From contig NC_091998.1 in NCBI RefSeq assembly GCF_044704955.1, forward strand, positions 50,344,001-50,408,000: DNA of 64,000 bases, given 5' to 3'. Origin of the DNA: Pristiophorus japonicus. Its lineage: Eukaryota. Position 1 is the stretch's first letter. The number at the start of each line of letters is the position of its first letter. The notes below the pieces were generated by a model. That model did not search any database. It was not told the DNA's origin and saw only the letters and a program-made list of their open reading frames with translations. The position numbers were made by a program, and so were the translations under genes. Shown here piece after piece: positions 13,665-26,475 of the stretch.

Positions 13665-14287
13665 CATTAACATGTTTAAAATAAATGGTTAAATGCTCCC
13701 TTAAATGGCCGAAACAATGTCATATGAATGTGTTAACATTTTATATGCACGGTGTGCATTCAAGGCCACAGCGAGTTAAAATTTATATTGTTGAAAATAT
13801 AAATGTTTTACTGGATCAGAATGATTATATATTAATGAATTAAAAATGACATGTTTAACTTCAAATGTGTGTTCCTGCTCTTGAACATGCCTGGTAAACA
13901 AAGACCACTTTGGCAATTAAACTATTATCAAGAGTTGTTCTTTCAATTATAGTCATTACACTCTGATTTCACTCCAGCTCGTTCAGTGTCTTGCCAATAT
14001 TTCACACTGGGGTACCAGACACCCAACTCATTTCCATAATGGGAGACAAATTGCTCCGGTCACTACATGCAGGGACACAGCAAATGTGTTCGCAAAAAAA
14101 AGCACATTTGCAATTTTATCGGAGATGCTGAGCAGAAGGAATCTTTCACTCGAGTAGCTTACAACGTTGTTGCGCACTCTGACCAGAGAATTCCACTACC
14201 TCCCCCTCCGGCTGAATTTTACAGAAATTGATAGAAATATTGCAATAGCTGGATGTCTAAACTAAAAACAGGAAGCGTTGGAAAAGT

Positions 14288-14603
14288 CATCATCATCATC
14301 ATAGGCAGTCCCTCGGATTCGAGGAAGACTTGCTGCCACTCTTAAAATGAGTCCATAGGTGGCTGAACAGTCCAATATGAGAACCACAGTCCCTGTCACA
14401 GGTGGGACAGACAGTGATTGAGGGAAGAGGAGGGTGGGACAGATTTGCCGCACGCTCCTTCCGCTGCCTGCGCTTGATTTCTGCGTGCTCTCGGCGACGA
14501 GACTCGAGGTACTCAGCGCCCTCCCGGATGCACTTCCTCCACTTAGGACGGTCTTTGGCCAGGGACTCCCAGGTGTCGGTGGGGATGGTGCACTTTATCA
14601 GGG
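14288..14603 (-). mobile_element. RTE LINE 3' end
   Basis: Reverse complement of the 12490-12803 segment, with (CAT)n on the plus strand. Confidence 0.85.
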
Positions 14604-15411
14604 TCAGTCGGCGGCTGAAAGGGCCAAGACGGGGGAGGTGGGGGGTAACATTTTGAGTGGTGCGGGAAGGGTTTACACCTGAAATGATCCTTTAATTATC
14701 CTTTTTCTATCCGGTCAATCTGATGTGCCGTTCCAGGCATTTTCTCTTTCCATCGGAATTTTCTAAACGTCGCGCTTTCATTGGAAAAATGTTTCGCGAC
14801 TAAAGCTCCGGGTGGCGCACAAAACTGCGTGGCCAATACGTTTCGAATTCCTGCACAAGGACGGTCCTTATAGCAGCACCCGATGAACTCCAGAGGAACC
14901 GGCCCTATCATAACATTTGTTTAAACCAAGGTGATGTGAGAACGTGAAAAATAGTTCCATGACCCATAATTGACTGGGCTAGCAAAACAATTTGCTTCTG
15001 AAACACAAATAGGTGGAGCAGCGCTTCCCCTGTGCAGCAATGTGGAAAGTATTTCATTCAAACCAAATTAGATTACACCATGACCTCGGCAACTCCGCAA
15101 TCTGTGAGCAAGCAGCAAATTACCCAAGGTTTCTCAGCAATCGCTTAAAGGGAAACCGCATTCTTGGATCCAAAAAAAAAAGCGACCCGCAGGCTTAAGA
15201 GGGGGTTTGACGTCACATTGTGCGATATTAGCTGTGAATTAATGAATGATTTGTTTAAGATTGCGCTGTCTGGTACACAAGGAACAAAGCAATTTGAATC
15301 CAGCACGCCTGATCTCAATATCGCACGGCGTGATTTCACACTTTGCGTATCGGTTGGCAAGACGAAGTCATTCGCCTCAAAGCACATTGTCACTTCGTGG
15401 ACACCTGATAT

Positions 15412-16150
15412 ACAATGACAACAACTTGTATTTATATAGCGCCTTTAACGTAGTGAAACGTCCCAAGGCGCTTCACAGGAGGTAAAGAATTTGGCACCGA
15501 GCCGCATAAGTAGAAATTTGCGCAGGTGAGCAAAAGCTTGGTCAAAGAGGGAGGTTTTAAGGAGCGTCTTGAAGGAGGAAAGAGAGGTAGAGAGGTGAAG
15601 AGATTTAGGCAGGGAGTTCCAGAGCTTGGGGCCCAGGCAACAGAAGGCACAGCCAGCAATGGTTCAGCGATTCTCATCAGGGATTCACAAGTGAGCAGAA
15701 TTAGAGGAGCGCAGACATCTCGGGGGTGCTGTGGGGCTGGAGCAGATTACAGAGATAGGGAGGGGCGGGTGCCATGGAGGGATTTGAATAAGGATAAGAA
15801 TTTGGAAATCGAGGCATTGCTTAACCGGGAGCCAATGTAGGGGTGATGGGTGAGCGGGACGTGGTGCGAGTTAGGACATGGGGCAGTGAGCACAGGGAGT
15901 GATGTGTGAGCGGGACATGGTGCGAGTTAGGACACGGGGCAGTGAGCACAGGGAGTGATGTGTGAGCGGGACGTGGTGCGAGTTAGGACACGGGGCAGTG
16001 AGCACAGGGAGTGATGTGTGAGCGGGACTTGCTGCGAGTTAGGACACGGGGCAGTGAGCACAGGGTGATGGGTGAGCGGGACTTGCTGCGAGTTAGGCCA
16101 CGGGGCTGCCGAGTTTTGAATCACCTCTAGTTTACGTAGGGTAGACATTG
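15412..16150 (-). mobile_element. L2 LINE 3' fragment containing an internal 56-bp tandem expansion
   Basis: L2 tail and body; STLRKLEVIQNSAA motif on the minus strand. Confidence 0.85.
15843..16105. repeat. 56-bp minisatellite (~4.7 copies) derived from L2 sequence
   Basis: GTGATGTGTGAGCGGGAC.TGGTGCGAGTTAGGACACGGGGCAGTGAGCACAGGGA units start at 15843, 15899, 15955, 16011, 16065. Confidence 0.9.
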
Positions 16151-16459
16151 CAACAGATGGAAGTATCTCGACCATCCCAAAATAAAAGACTTTCCAGAAC
16201 TGTTTTGGTCCTTGCAAAGACTGAGAATATAAAACTGACATACAATTTACAAGACAGCCGGGAGTTGGTCTGTGTTGTTGCAGCTCTCGGCGATAACCCC
16301 CATCTTTGGGCATCGCACCACTGACTGGAAACGTTAATGAAGGCGTGCCTCTGGTGGCTTTGCAGTGGGACAATAAACAGGAGACAGAAGCAATATATGG
16401 ACAGAAAAGAAGCAAGGCCTGTTAACCCCCTTGTGTGTGTAGGACATGCTGCAGTCATT

Positions 16460-16862
16460 AAAAGACCTACATTTATATAGCGACTTTCACGACCACCAGA
16501 CGTCTCAAAGCGCTTAACAGCCAATGAAGTACTTTTTTTGGAGTCACTGTTGTAATGTAAGAAATGCGGCAGCCAATTTGCGCACATCAAACTCCCACAA
16601 ACAGGAATGTGATAATGACCGGATAATCTGTTTTTCGTTATGTTGATTAAGGGATAAACATTGGCCAGGACACCGGGGATAACTCTCCTGCTCTTCTTCG
16701 AAATAGTGCCATGGGATCTTTTACGTCCACCTGTGAGGGCAGACGGGGCCTCGGTTTAACGTCTCATTCAAAAGACAGCGCCTCCGACAGTGCAGCGCTC
16801 CCTCAGTACTACCCCTCCAACAGTGCGGCGCTCCCTCAGTACTGCACTGGGCGTGTCTGCCT
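16460..16862 (-). mobile_element. Deu-domain SINE lacking the tRNA head
   Basis: Reverse complement of 6670-7055; short internal duplication near 16783-16845. Confidence 0.8.
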
Positions 16863-17116
16863 ACTCATTATAGGAACGGCATTCCCTCAAAATGTTTGAT
16901 AAACCTTCAAAGAATGGAAGATATCGTATTTAACAGATTACGCCTTTCGTGGCCTCAGGATATCACAAAGTGCCTCTCTGAATTACCTTTGAATTATGGT
17001 CACTGGTGTAACACTGAGCTGATTTACGTTCAGCGTCATCCCACAAACAGATAAATGACCAGAGAATCTGTTTCAGTGATGTTCAGTGAGGGACAGATTT
17101 TGGCCCAGGACACCAG

Positions 17117-17231
17117 CAAGATGGGGTACTGAAGTTGCATGAACAGCCATGATCATATTGAATGGTGGTGCAGGCTCGAAGGGCCGAGTGACCTACTCCT
17201 GCACCTATTTTCTATATCTGAATAGAAGGAT
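17117..17231 (+). repeat. Left arm of a perfect 115-bp inverted duplication (CR1 tail + flank)
   Basis: Base-by-base reverse complement of 18127-18241. Confidence 0.9.
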
Positions 17232-17361
17232 GCTGATTGTCTCGCCCAGTCCTTCTCTCCCCAAATATTTTCACCTTAAAAGATTCACCCGAAAGATTAT
17301 GAACAGGAGCATTTCAGCATTTGGAAATCACTTGTATAAAGTATGCACCTGTTACACTGTG

Positions 17362-17641
17362 CAAAGTAATTGGTGGGAGGTTGCGAGGGGGTTTGAGGAG
17401 AATTTTTTTCACCCAGAGGGTGGTGGGGGTCTGGAACTCACTGCCTGAAAAGGCGGTAGAGGCAGAAACCCTCATAGCATTTAAAAAGTACTTGGATGTG
17501 CACCTGAAGTGCCGTAACCTACAGGGCTACGGACCAAGAGCTGGAAAGTGGGATTAGGCTGGATGGCTCTTTGTCGGCTGGTGTGGACACCGTGGGCGGA
17601 AATGGCCTCCTTCTGTGCTGTAAATTTCTATGATACTATGA
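17362..17641 (+). mobile_element. CR1 3' fragment
   Basis: FFTQRVVGVWNSLPEKAVEAETLIAFKKYLDVHL...GYGPRAGKWD*. Confidence 0.88.
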
Positions 17642-18019
17642 TCAGCATTCACAATCTAATTGCATTCAATAACTTACATTTATATAAAGATCCCAAGGCA
17701 CTTTACGGAATAGAAACACCGAATAGAAACAGTTTGGAAGAGATGATTGATGGCTTGGGACATAATCAGAAATTACTTGGTTTGCTAACTTGAAAGAGGA
17801 GTTAAACAATTATTTTGAAAGGCAGTCTAATATGAAAAAGAAAATCTATGGTCAACACAGAGAGAACACAAGACTGTGTGGCTAAATCTATGTCGCCCAA
17901 ATTGAAGCTTGCATTCCTCAACTCAAATCTTCCTCAAGGCAGCTTCAGTCGTTTACGACACATATGCACATGTGTATGTATCATGTAACTGTTACGCAGT
18001 GTGTATCACAAAGCATTAC

Positions 18020-19215
18020 AAGTATTTACAGCACCGAAACAGGCCATTCAGTCCAACAGGTCCGTGCCGGAGTTCATGCTCCACACGTGCCTTCTCGCAC
18101 CCTGCATCAGCTTACCCCATCAACATATCCTTCTATTCAGATATAGAAAATAGGTGCAGGAGTAGGTCACTCGGCCCTTCGAGCCTGCACCACCATTCAA
18201 TATGATCATGGCTGTTCATGCAACTTCAGTACCCCATCTTGAACTATGGGGGAGTCAAGGGTTATGGGGAACAGGCAGGAAGGTGGAGTTGAGGCCAAGA
18301 TCAGATCAGCCATGATCTTACTGAATGGTGGAGCAGGCTCGAGGGGCCGAATGGCCGACTCCTGCTCCTATTTCTTATGTTCTTATTCCATTCTCCTTCA
18401 TGTGGTTATTTAGCCTCCCCTTAAATGCATCGATACTATTCGCCTCAACCACTCTCTGTGGTAGCGAGTTCCACATTCTCACCACTCTCTGGGTGAAGAA
18501 GTTTCTCCTGAATTCCCCATTGGATTTATTAGTGACTGTCTTATAGTTATGCTCCTTAGTTCTCGTTTCACCCACAAGTGGAAACATCTTCTCTACGTCT
18601 ACCTTATTGGACCCCTTCATAATAGAAACATAGAAACATAGAAAATAGGTGCAGGAGTAGGCCATTCGGCCCTTCGAGCCTCCACCACCATTCAATAAGA
18701 TCATGGCTGATCATTCACCTCAGTACCCCTTTCCTGCTTTCTCTCCATACCCCTTGATCCCTTTAGCCATAAGGGCCATATCTAACTCCCTCTTGAATAT
18801 ATCTAACAAACTGGCATCAACAACTCTCTGCAGTAGAGAATTCCATAGGTTAACAATGCTCTGAGTGAAGAAGTTTCTCCTCATCTCAGTCCTAAATGGC
18901 TTACCCCTTATCCTTAGACTGTGACCCCTGGTTCTGGACTTCCCCAACATCGGGAATATTCTTCCTGCATCTAACCTGTCCAGTCCCGTCAGAATTTTAT
19001 ATGTTTCTATGAGATCCCCTCTCATCCTTCTAAACTCCAGTGAATATGTCCGTCCTGCCAACCCCGGAATCAGTCTGGTGAACCTTCGCTGTACTCCCTT
19101 AATAGTAAGAACGTCCTTCCTCAGATTAGGAGACCAAAACTGAACACAATATTCCAGGTCTGGCCTCTTAAAGACCTCTATCAGGTTGCCCCTTGGCCTT
19201 CTCTTTTCTAGAGAA
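18020..19215 (-). mobile_element. Nest of CR1 fragments (older host with inserts at 18139-18241 minus, 18241-18385 plus, 18621-19165 minus)
   Basis: ORFs 18375..18704(-) and 18720..19061(-) carry CR1 ORF2 C-terminal motifs; several tails are visible. Confidence 0.85.
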
Positions 19216-19449
19216 AGTATTGGGTGCCCTTATGGCATACGATAACTATTCCAACCATGAATGGAATAAGCTATTACTGGAACAAAAACTCTTTAAAATG
19301 TTGGAAGTTCCCGACAGCATCTGAATGAGTAAAGCAGGTCCACCATTTGGTTGCGTCTCTTCATCAAGCACTGCGATATCACATCGATTGTGTTATTTCT
19401 GGTGTTGATCCCACCCAAAACACTCACCAATTCCTCTTTCAGATGTTGA

Positions 19450-19824
19450 TTCAAAATTCTCATCCTGGTTTTCAAATCCCTCCATGGTCTCCCTATCTCT
19501 GTAATCTCCTCCAGCCCCACAACCCCCACTGAGATATCTGCGCTCCTCCAATTTTGCCCTTGAGCAACCATTGGTGGCTGAGCCTTCTGTTGCCTGGGCC
19601 CCAAGCTCTGGAACTCACTGCCTAAACCTCTCCGCCTCTCTTTCCATTCGCTCCTCCTGCAAGGCGCTCCTTAAAAGCTACCTCTTTGACCAAACTTTTG
19701 GTCACCTGCCCTAATTTCTTCTTATGCGGCTCGGTGTCAAATTTGTTGTCTCATAACACTCCTGTGAGGTGCGTTGGGACGTTTCACTACGCTAAAGGCG
19801 CTATATAAGTACAAGTTGTTGTTA
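19450..19824 (+). mobile_element. L2 LINE 3' fragment
   Basis: TTCAAAATTCTCATCC...GGCCCCAAGCTCTGGAAC...GGCGCTATATAAGTACAAGTTGTTGTT. Confidence 0.85.
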
Positions 19825-20253
19825 TGTATTTCCAGCATTTTCTGTTGTTATTCCAAATTTCCAGTATGTATCTCTTCGGCTAGTTATTAAGCGTTTGCTA
19901 ATGATAATCTGGCTAATAACGGACTCACTTAAACCTGTGGCCAAAGTACACAGAGATACCAATCAGTTTGGAGTGTGATTTAAAGGAGGACAATCATTTC
20001 ATGACAAGCACTGTGATTTCTGGTCCAGGCAGGTTCAAGGTTCAGTTTAAGGGCCAAGGACAGTGTGACGGAATCATGTTACACGCTGCATGAAAGAGCA
20101 ACTACCCTTGACCTGCCGATAACCCCGATACCACCATATGTCCCCTGTTAAAAAGCGTTTCTGCTGGCCCAAGGGGCTTCTACTTTGTTCAGTTGACCTG
20201 CGTTGCCGTAGGGTCGGTTATAGTTGAATCTCTGGGCAAGTCTTCTTTGTGTA

Positions 20254-20967
20254 AAGACCTGGGGGTCCTTGTGCATGAGACACAAAGAGTTAGTATGCAG
20301 GTACAGCAAGTAACCAGGAAGGCAAATGGAGTGTTGGCATTTATTGCAAGGGGGATAGAGTATAAAAGTAGAGAAGTCGTGCTAGAATTGTACAGGATAT
20401 TGATGAGGCCATACCTCAAGTACTGGGTACTGTTTTGGTCTCCGTATTTAAGGAAGGATATACTTGCAATGGAGGCTGTTCAGAGAAGGTTCACTAGGTT
20501 GATTCCGGAGGTGAGGGGGTTGACTTACAAAGATAGGTTGAGTAGGTTGGGCCTATACATATTGGAGTTCAGAAGAATGAGAGGTGATCTTACCAAAACT
20601 TATAAGATAATGAGGGGGCTCGACAAGGTGGATGCAGAGAGGATATTTCCACTCATTGGCAAAACTTGGGGGCATAGCCTCAAAATAAGGGACCGCCCAT
20701 TTAAAACTGAGATGAGGAGGAATTTCTTCTCTGAGGGTTGTAAATCCAAGGAATTCTCTGCCCCAGAGAGCTGTGAAAGCTGGGTCATTGAATATATTTA
20801 AGGTGGAGATAGACAGATTTTTGAACGATAAGGGAGTAAAGAGTTATGGGGAACGGACAGGGAAGTGGAGCTGAGTCCATGATCAGATCAACCATGATCT
20901 TATTAAATGGTGGAGCAGGCTCGAGGGGCCAAATGGCCGACACCTGCTCCTATTTCTTACGTTCTTA
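20254..20967 (+). mobile_element. CR1 3' fragment
   Basis: ORF 20193..20801 KDLGVLVH...KANGVLAFIARGIEYKSREV...[10 protein letters not shown]. Confidence 0.92.
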
Positions 20968-21366
20968 AAGGGACCGACAATGGCCTGGCGATAAATCGCT
21001 GAGTAACAGAGAAGCTGTGCGAACATTGTTCAGCTATTTCCCAGATCACAGCACTCCAAAAGTATTTCATTGGCTGTAAAGCGCTTTGAGACGTCCGATG
21101 GTCGTAAAAGGCGTTATATAAATCCAAGTCTTTCTTCTTTATTGCGATGCTGCCATTGCCAGCGTGTAAGAGGGACAGTCAACATGGTGATGTGGCTTGG
21201 GTAGGAAAAACTGGACCAGTTGGGGGAGTGGAGGTCCCAGCACTGGTTTGTTCACTGTCCAAGCGATGCCTGCAAACATTAAATTGGATGTTTTGTGATA
21301 GATTCACAGACGAGTATCTAATCAGAAAGTTTCCAAACACAAGTGATAATCAGATAATAATCTAAT

Positions 21367-21575
21367 CGCCTCTCAGCCTTTTCTATTCTGAGGAGAATCA
21401 CCCCAGCTTCTCTTATCTATCCATATAACTGTGATCCCTCAGCCCTGGAACCATTCTAGTAAATCTCTTCTGTACCCTCTCCAAAGCCTTCATGTCCTTC
21501 CTAAAATGCGGTGCCCAGAATTGGGGTTGAACTACTTTTTATATAAGTTTAGCATAACTTCCTGGCTTTTGTACT
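21367..21575 (-). mobile_element. Old CR1 internal fragment
   Basis: Reverse complement resembles ERVQKRFTRMVPGLR..SY.DRLEKLG. Confidence 0.65.
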
Positions 21576-21597
21576 TGTTTTAGACATTAGACATTTC

Positions 21598-22006
21598 TGT
21601 TAAGCAATGCCTCGATTTCAACATTCTCATCCTTGTTTTCAAATCCCTCCATGGCCTCACCCCTCCCTATCTCTGTAATCTCCTCCAGCCCCACAATCCC
21701 CTGAGATATCTGCGCTCCTCTAATTCTGCCCTCTTGAGCATCCCTGATTATAATCGCTCAACCATTGGTGGCCGTGCCTTCTGTTGCCTGGGCCCCAAGC
21801 TCTGGAACTCCCTGCCTAAACCTCTCCGCCTCTCTGCCTCTCTTTCCTCCTTCAAGACGCTCCTTAAACCCCGCCTCTTGGACCGAGCCTGCACTAATGT
21901 CTCCTTATGCGGCTCAGTGTCAAATCTTTTGTCTCATAATACTCCTGTGAGGCGCCTGACGACTTTTCACTAAGTTAAAAGTGCTATATAAATGCAAGTT
22001 GTTGTC
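21598..22006 (+). mobile_element. L2 LINE 3' fragment
   Basis: ORF 21734..21973 SIPDYNRSTIGGRAFCCLGPKLWNSLPKPLRLS. Confidence 0.85.
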
Positions 22007-22604
22007 ATCCAGAAAAAATGGTACATTTTTTTTTTGTTTGCAAAGCGTTTTAAGTGATTTAACGGATTCATCAACAAACTGACAGGCAATTGCTTTTCTT
22101 GGCAATTTTAACATTAAACTTAATGTGCAAAGCTGCAAAAGAATTGTGACAACAGTGAATGAGGTCAGATGCAAGATTTTTAATAATATATAGATTATAG
22201 AATAAATTCACTGATCCTGCACTCCCAGTAGAGAGATACGCATGAGGGACATGGGTCAGGACAGTACAGCGGTTTTCTGCTTCCTGTGCGAGGCACGAGG
22301 CAAAATCAGCTCGGGACTCCCCTGCCGAGCATTATCCATGGATAAGGAACGGTAATATTGTGATCATGTTACTGGATTCATAATTCAGTGGCCTGGACTA
22401 ATAATAATAACTTTTATTTGTATAGCGCCTTTAATGTCGCAAAACTTCAAAACAACTTTACAGCACGTTAGATATTGACCATTGAGGGAAAGAGAGAAAG
22501 TGTAAAAAGAGGCTAAAGGCTTGGGTCAGAAGCGGCAGCCAAAATGCGCTCGCAGATGGATAGAGGCGGGAAAATAAATGACTAATGATCCGGAGACGTG
22601 AGTT

Positions 22605-23062
22605 CTAGAGTTTATAAAACATAGAAAAGTTAAATGTTGCTACTTATTTTTATATTAAAAACTCTGTCTATGAAGGTCAGTGCATTTTTAACACTATTAA
22701 AACATTTTTTTTAATTCTCTAAACATTTAACTGAATGCAATTGCTATTAATTTAAAAAAAGTGAAGTGTTTTTTTTAATTTATGTGTGTGTTTTAGTTGA
22801 TTTTAGGGGTATTCTCGTTGATGGTAATGGGAGCTGGGAGCTGGGAGCCCCCATTACGATGGATGAGAATACTGCATTGTGATTGGTGGTCCATGCCCAT
22901 GTGATCCCAGGATACGTTTTCGATCCTGGAAGACATGTTCCCGTACGCCGGACTGTGAATCCAGGCCTCGGACTGCAATCCTACGTTCCACTGGGACCAC
23001 CAGGTATTTTTGTTAAAAAAACTTTGGCCGGAGGAAGCCTCCGACGGCAATTTTACCCCCCC
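22605..23062 (-). mobile_element. TIR-type non-autonomous element fragment (same family as 1049-1755)
   Basis: Homology by eye to 1055-1480; terminus CAATTTTACCCCCCC. Confidence 0.55.
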
Positions 23063-23396
23063 ATTGTGTTCCCAACTCATATTTGTTTTGTTGTTTTCAA
23101 TAGTGGTTCTCACCTCCTGTGGTGGATGATGACAGCCTACTTGTTGCCCACCCTGTTAGATCACAACTAGTTGTCTCGCAGGACACCAAACGTGTCATTA
23201 AATCAACCTCCCAGGTAACAGTAGCAAACAACACAAATTGAACAAACCTTTCTAAAGAAAACTATGTGTCGGACCAACCCTCCGAATATGTCAACTTAGT
23301 ATCGAAGGCATCTCTTGTTCAAAATGCAAATACCTCGAAAGGTTACTGAAGAAACACAGCGGTAATGTTCCAGTGCTTCAAGAAATGGCTGAGTAA

Positions 23397-24910
23397 AGTT
23401 TTGGTCTCTGTATTTAAGGAAGGATATACTTGCATTGGAGACTATTCAGAGAAGGTTCACTAGGAGATGAGGGATTTGACTTATGAAGATAGGTTGAGTA
23501 GGTTGGGCCTGTACACATTGGAGTTCATAAGAATGAGAGGTGATCTTATTGAGAGTTATAAGATAAGCTGGATGCAGAGAGGAAACATAGAAACATAGAA
23601 AATAGTTGCAGGAGTAGGCCATTCGGCCCTTCGAGCCTGCACTGCCATTCAATGAGTTCATGGCTGAACATGCAACTTCAGCACCCCATTCCTGTTTTCT
23701 CGCCATACCCCTTGATTCCCCTAGTAGTAAGGACTACATCTAACTCCTTTTTGAATATATTCAGTGAATTGGCCTCAACAACTTTCTGCGGTAGAGAATT
23801 CCACGGGTTCACCACTCTCTGGGTGAAGAAGTTTCTCCTCATCTCGGTCCTAAATGGCTTACTCCTTATCCTTAGACTGTGACCCCTTATTCTGGACTTC
23901 CCCAACATTGGGAACATTCTTCCTGCATCTAACCTGTCTAAATCCGTCAGAATTTTAAATGTTTCTATGAGATCCCCTCTCATTCTTCTGAACTCCAGTG
24001 AATACAAGCCCAGTTGATCCAGTCTTTCTTGATATGTCAGTCCCGCCATCCCGGGAATCAGTCTGGTGAACCTTCGCTGCACTGCCTCAATAGCAAGAAT
24101 GTCCTTCCTCAAGTTAGGAGACCAAAACTGTACACAATACTCCAGGTGTGGCCTCACCAAGGACTTGTACAACTGTAGTAACACCTCCCTGCCCCTGTAC
24201 TCAAATACCCTCGCTGTGAAGGCCAACATGCCATTTGCTTTCTTAACCGCCTGCTGTACCTGCATGCTAACCTTCAATGACTGATGTACCATGACACCCA
24301 GGTCTCATTACACCTCCCTTTTTCCTAATCTGTCACCATTCAGATAATAGTCTGTCTCTCTGTTTTTACCATCAAAGTGGATAACCTCACATTTATCCAC
24401 ATTATACTTTATCTGCCATGCATTTGCCCACTCACCTAACCTATCCAAGTCACTCTGCAGCCTCATAGCATCCTCCTCGCAGCTCACAATGCCACCCAAC
24501 TTAGTGTCATCCGCAAATTTGGAGATACTACATTTAATCCCCTCGTCTAAATCATTAATGTACAATGTAAACAGGATATTTCCACTCATCGGGGAAACTA
24601 AAACTAGGGGACATGGTCTTAGAATAAGGGGCCGCCCATTTAAAACTGAGGTGAGGAGAAATTTCTTCTCTCAGCGGGTTTTAAATCTGTGGAATTTTCT
24701 GCCCCAGAGAGCTGTGGAGGCTGGGTTATTGCATATATTTAAGGCGGAGATAGACAGATTTTTTAGCGATTAGGGAGTAAAGGGTTATGGGGAGCAGGCA
24801 GGGAAGTGGAGCTGAGCCCAAGATCAGATCAGCCATGATCTTATTGAATGGCGGAACAGGCTCGAGGGGCCAAATGGCCGACTCCTGCTCCTATTTCTTA
24901 TGTTTTTATG
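23397..24910 (+). mobile_element. CR1 (plus; 23397-23582 and 24573-24910) split by a younger antisense CR1
   Basis: GATGCAGAGAGG | AGGATATTTCCACTC rejoin into contiguous CR1 sequence. Confidence 0.85.
23583..24572 (-). mobile_element. Young CR1, ~1 kb of ORF2 including the RT FADD motif
   Basis: LFTLYINDLDEGIKCSISKFADDTKLGG... and ORF 23678..24292(-). Confidence 0.93.
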
Positions 24911-25312
24911 AACAGACACCGAACACACCTACCAGTTTGAAACAAGAGGATGGATCTCAGGGTTTGATCTAATCGCATTCAGCTCCTGATTTATTTCTCC
25001 TGATCCATTGATTAGGATCCCATTTACCAACAATAAACACCTGCACATCCATTTGTTTTTAAAACAGCTATAAATATTGTGTTCACTCGGGCCAACGACA
25101 GCCGTGCGGCCCGCAAACCCGGCTCGACCTGGGATCTGGAGCCAACACATGAACAGTGCCCGTAACACGAGGTTGCTGCACCCCAACATGACAGGACATA
25201 CAACATATTTCATTGCTGCAATGGATAGAACGCCAAGCCAGCAGTGCACATCACTCACTCAAAACTCTCTGCAGTTTGCTCAAGATATTCAACTCCAGGA
25301 GTTTATGGGGGG

Positions 25313-26096
25313 TGTAGGGTGTTCGTTTCCCACTCTACTTTGATTCATAGACCACGGGAATTACAGGAAGGACTCCACATAATGCAAAGTTTAAGCTTAA
25401 ACCCAACTATTCGTTTATTACACAAAAAACAACTAAAAATTACAGAACAAGACTTCTTAGAGATTGATCGAAGACATACAATCGCCCATCCAGCCAGTTG
25501 CTGCTGTTGTCGATTGTAGGCTCATGGTCATTTTTTCTTAACCGGTTGTTCCTCTTCGATGTTCCCTCCTTCTTGTTCTGCTTGTCGGCCGTAGTCTTCT
25601 TTCTTGTTCTCTGCTGTTGTTTCCAGGTCTTATATATATATCTCCATTTTATGAATACATCTCCTGCTGGGCAGCTTTTCCGTTAATGCGTCTGGATCAG
25701 TCTCGATAGCTGTGATGATCTGTTTGGAGGGCCACAATTTGCACACGGAATCGACAGGGCTTTTGTGTCCCGTTATCCAAAAATGCACGCCTTGTGGGAT
25801 CCTTTGCTGTCCTGGGTTTTCACAGATTTGTGGTCTCCATGGGGAATTGATTTACCCCTCTGGCCAATCAATCCAGGGGCTCCTCTGCCTAATTGTATTA
25901 AACCCTTTGTATTAAACTCTCGATGTTAATCGGGTCTCGCCCCTGACCGCAGAAATTGCATTAATCAGTGATGAGTCACCACCTGCTTCGCGCCGGCGCC
26001 CTTTTCTCCCGCCCAACAGTCCCAAAGGTTTCTTTTGAACCATTTTAGTCCGTGGCCTCTTGCTGTGCCTCGATTGTGAAATTGTGTAACCTTACA
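25313..26096 (-). mobile_element. 784-bp solo LTR (family B; ERV- or Gypsy-like)
   Basis: TGTAGGGT...ACCTTACA inverted termini, GGGGGG on both flanks (TSD), minus-strand TATA (25630-25641) upstream of minus-strand AATAAA (25414-25419). Confidence 0.75.
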
Positions 26097-26184
26097 GGGG
26101 GGAGGTGGCGGGGTGGGAGCAGCGGGAGAGTTACAGCAGGGTAAGGAAAGCTCAGGAGAAGAACAGGGACTCTAGAAATGGAGC

Positions 26185-26475
26185 ATAAGAACACAGGAGC
26201 AGGAGTAAGCCATTCGGCCCCTTGAGCCTGCTCCGCTATTCAATAAGACCCCGGCTGATCTTCGGCCTCAACTCCACTTTCCCTCACTGTCCCCAGATCC
26301 CTTCATTCCCTCAGTACCCCCAAAAATTTATCGAGCTCAGCTTTGAAGATACCCAGCGACTGAACATCCACAGGCCTCTGTGGGGGCGGAGAACTCCAAA
26401 GATTCACCATCCCCCAGAATGAAGACATTTCTCCTCATCTCAGTCCTAAATGGCCGACCCCTTATCCTGAGACTA
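26185..26475 (-). mobile_element. CR1 3' fragment
   Basis: CATAAGAAC tail; TTCTCCTCATCTCAGTCCTAAATGGCCGACCCCTTATCCTGAGAC body. Confidence 0.8.
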
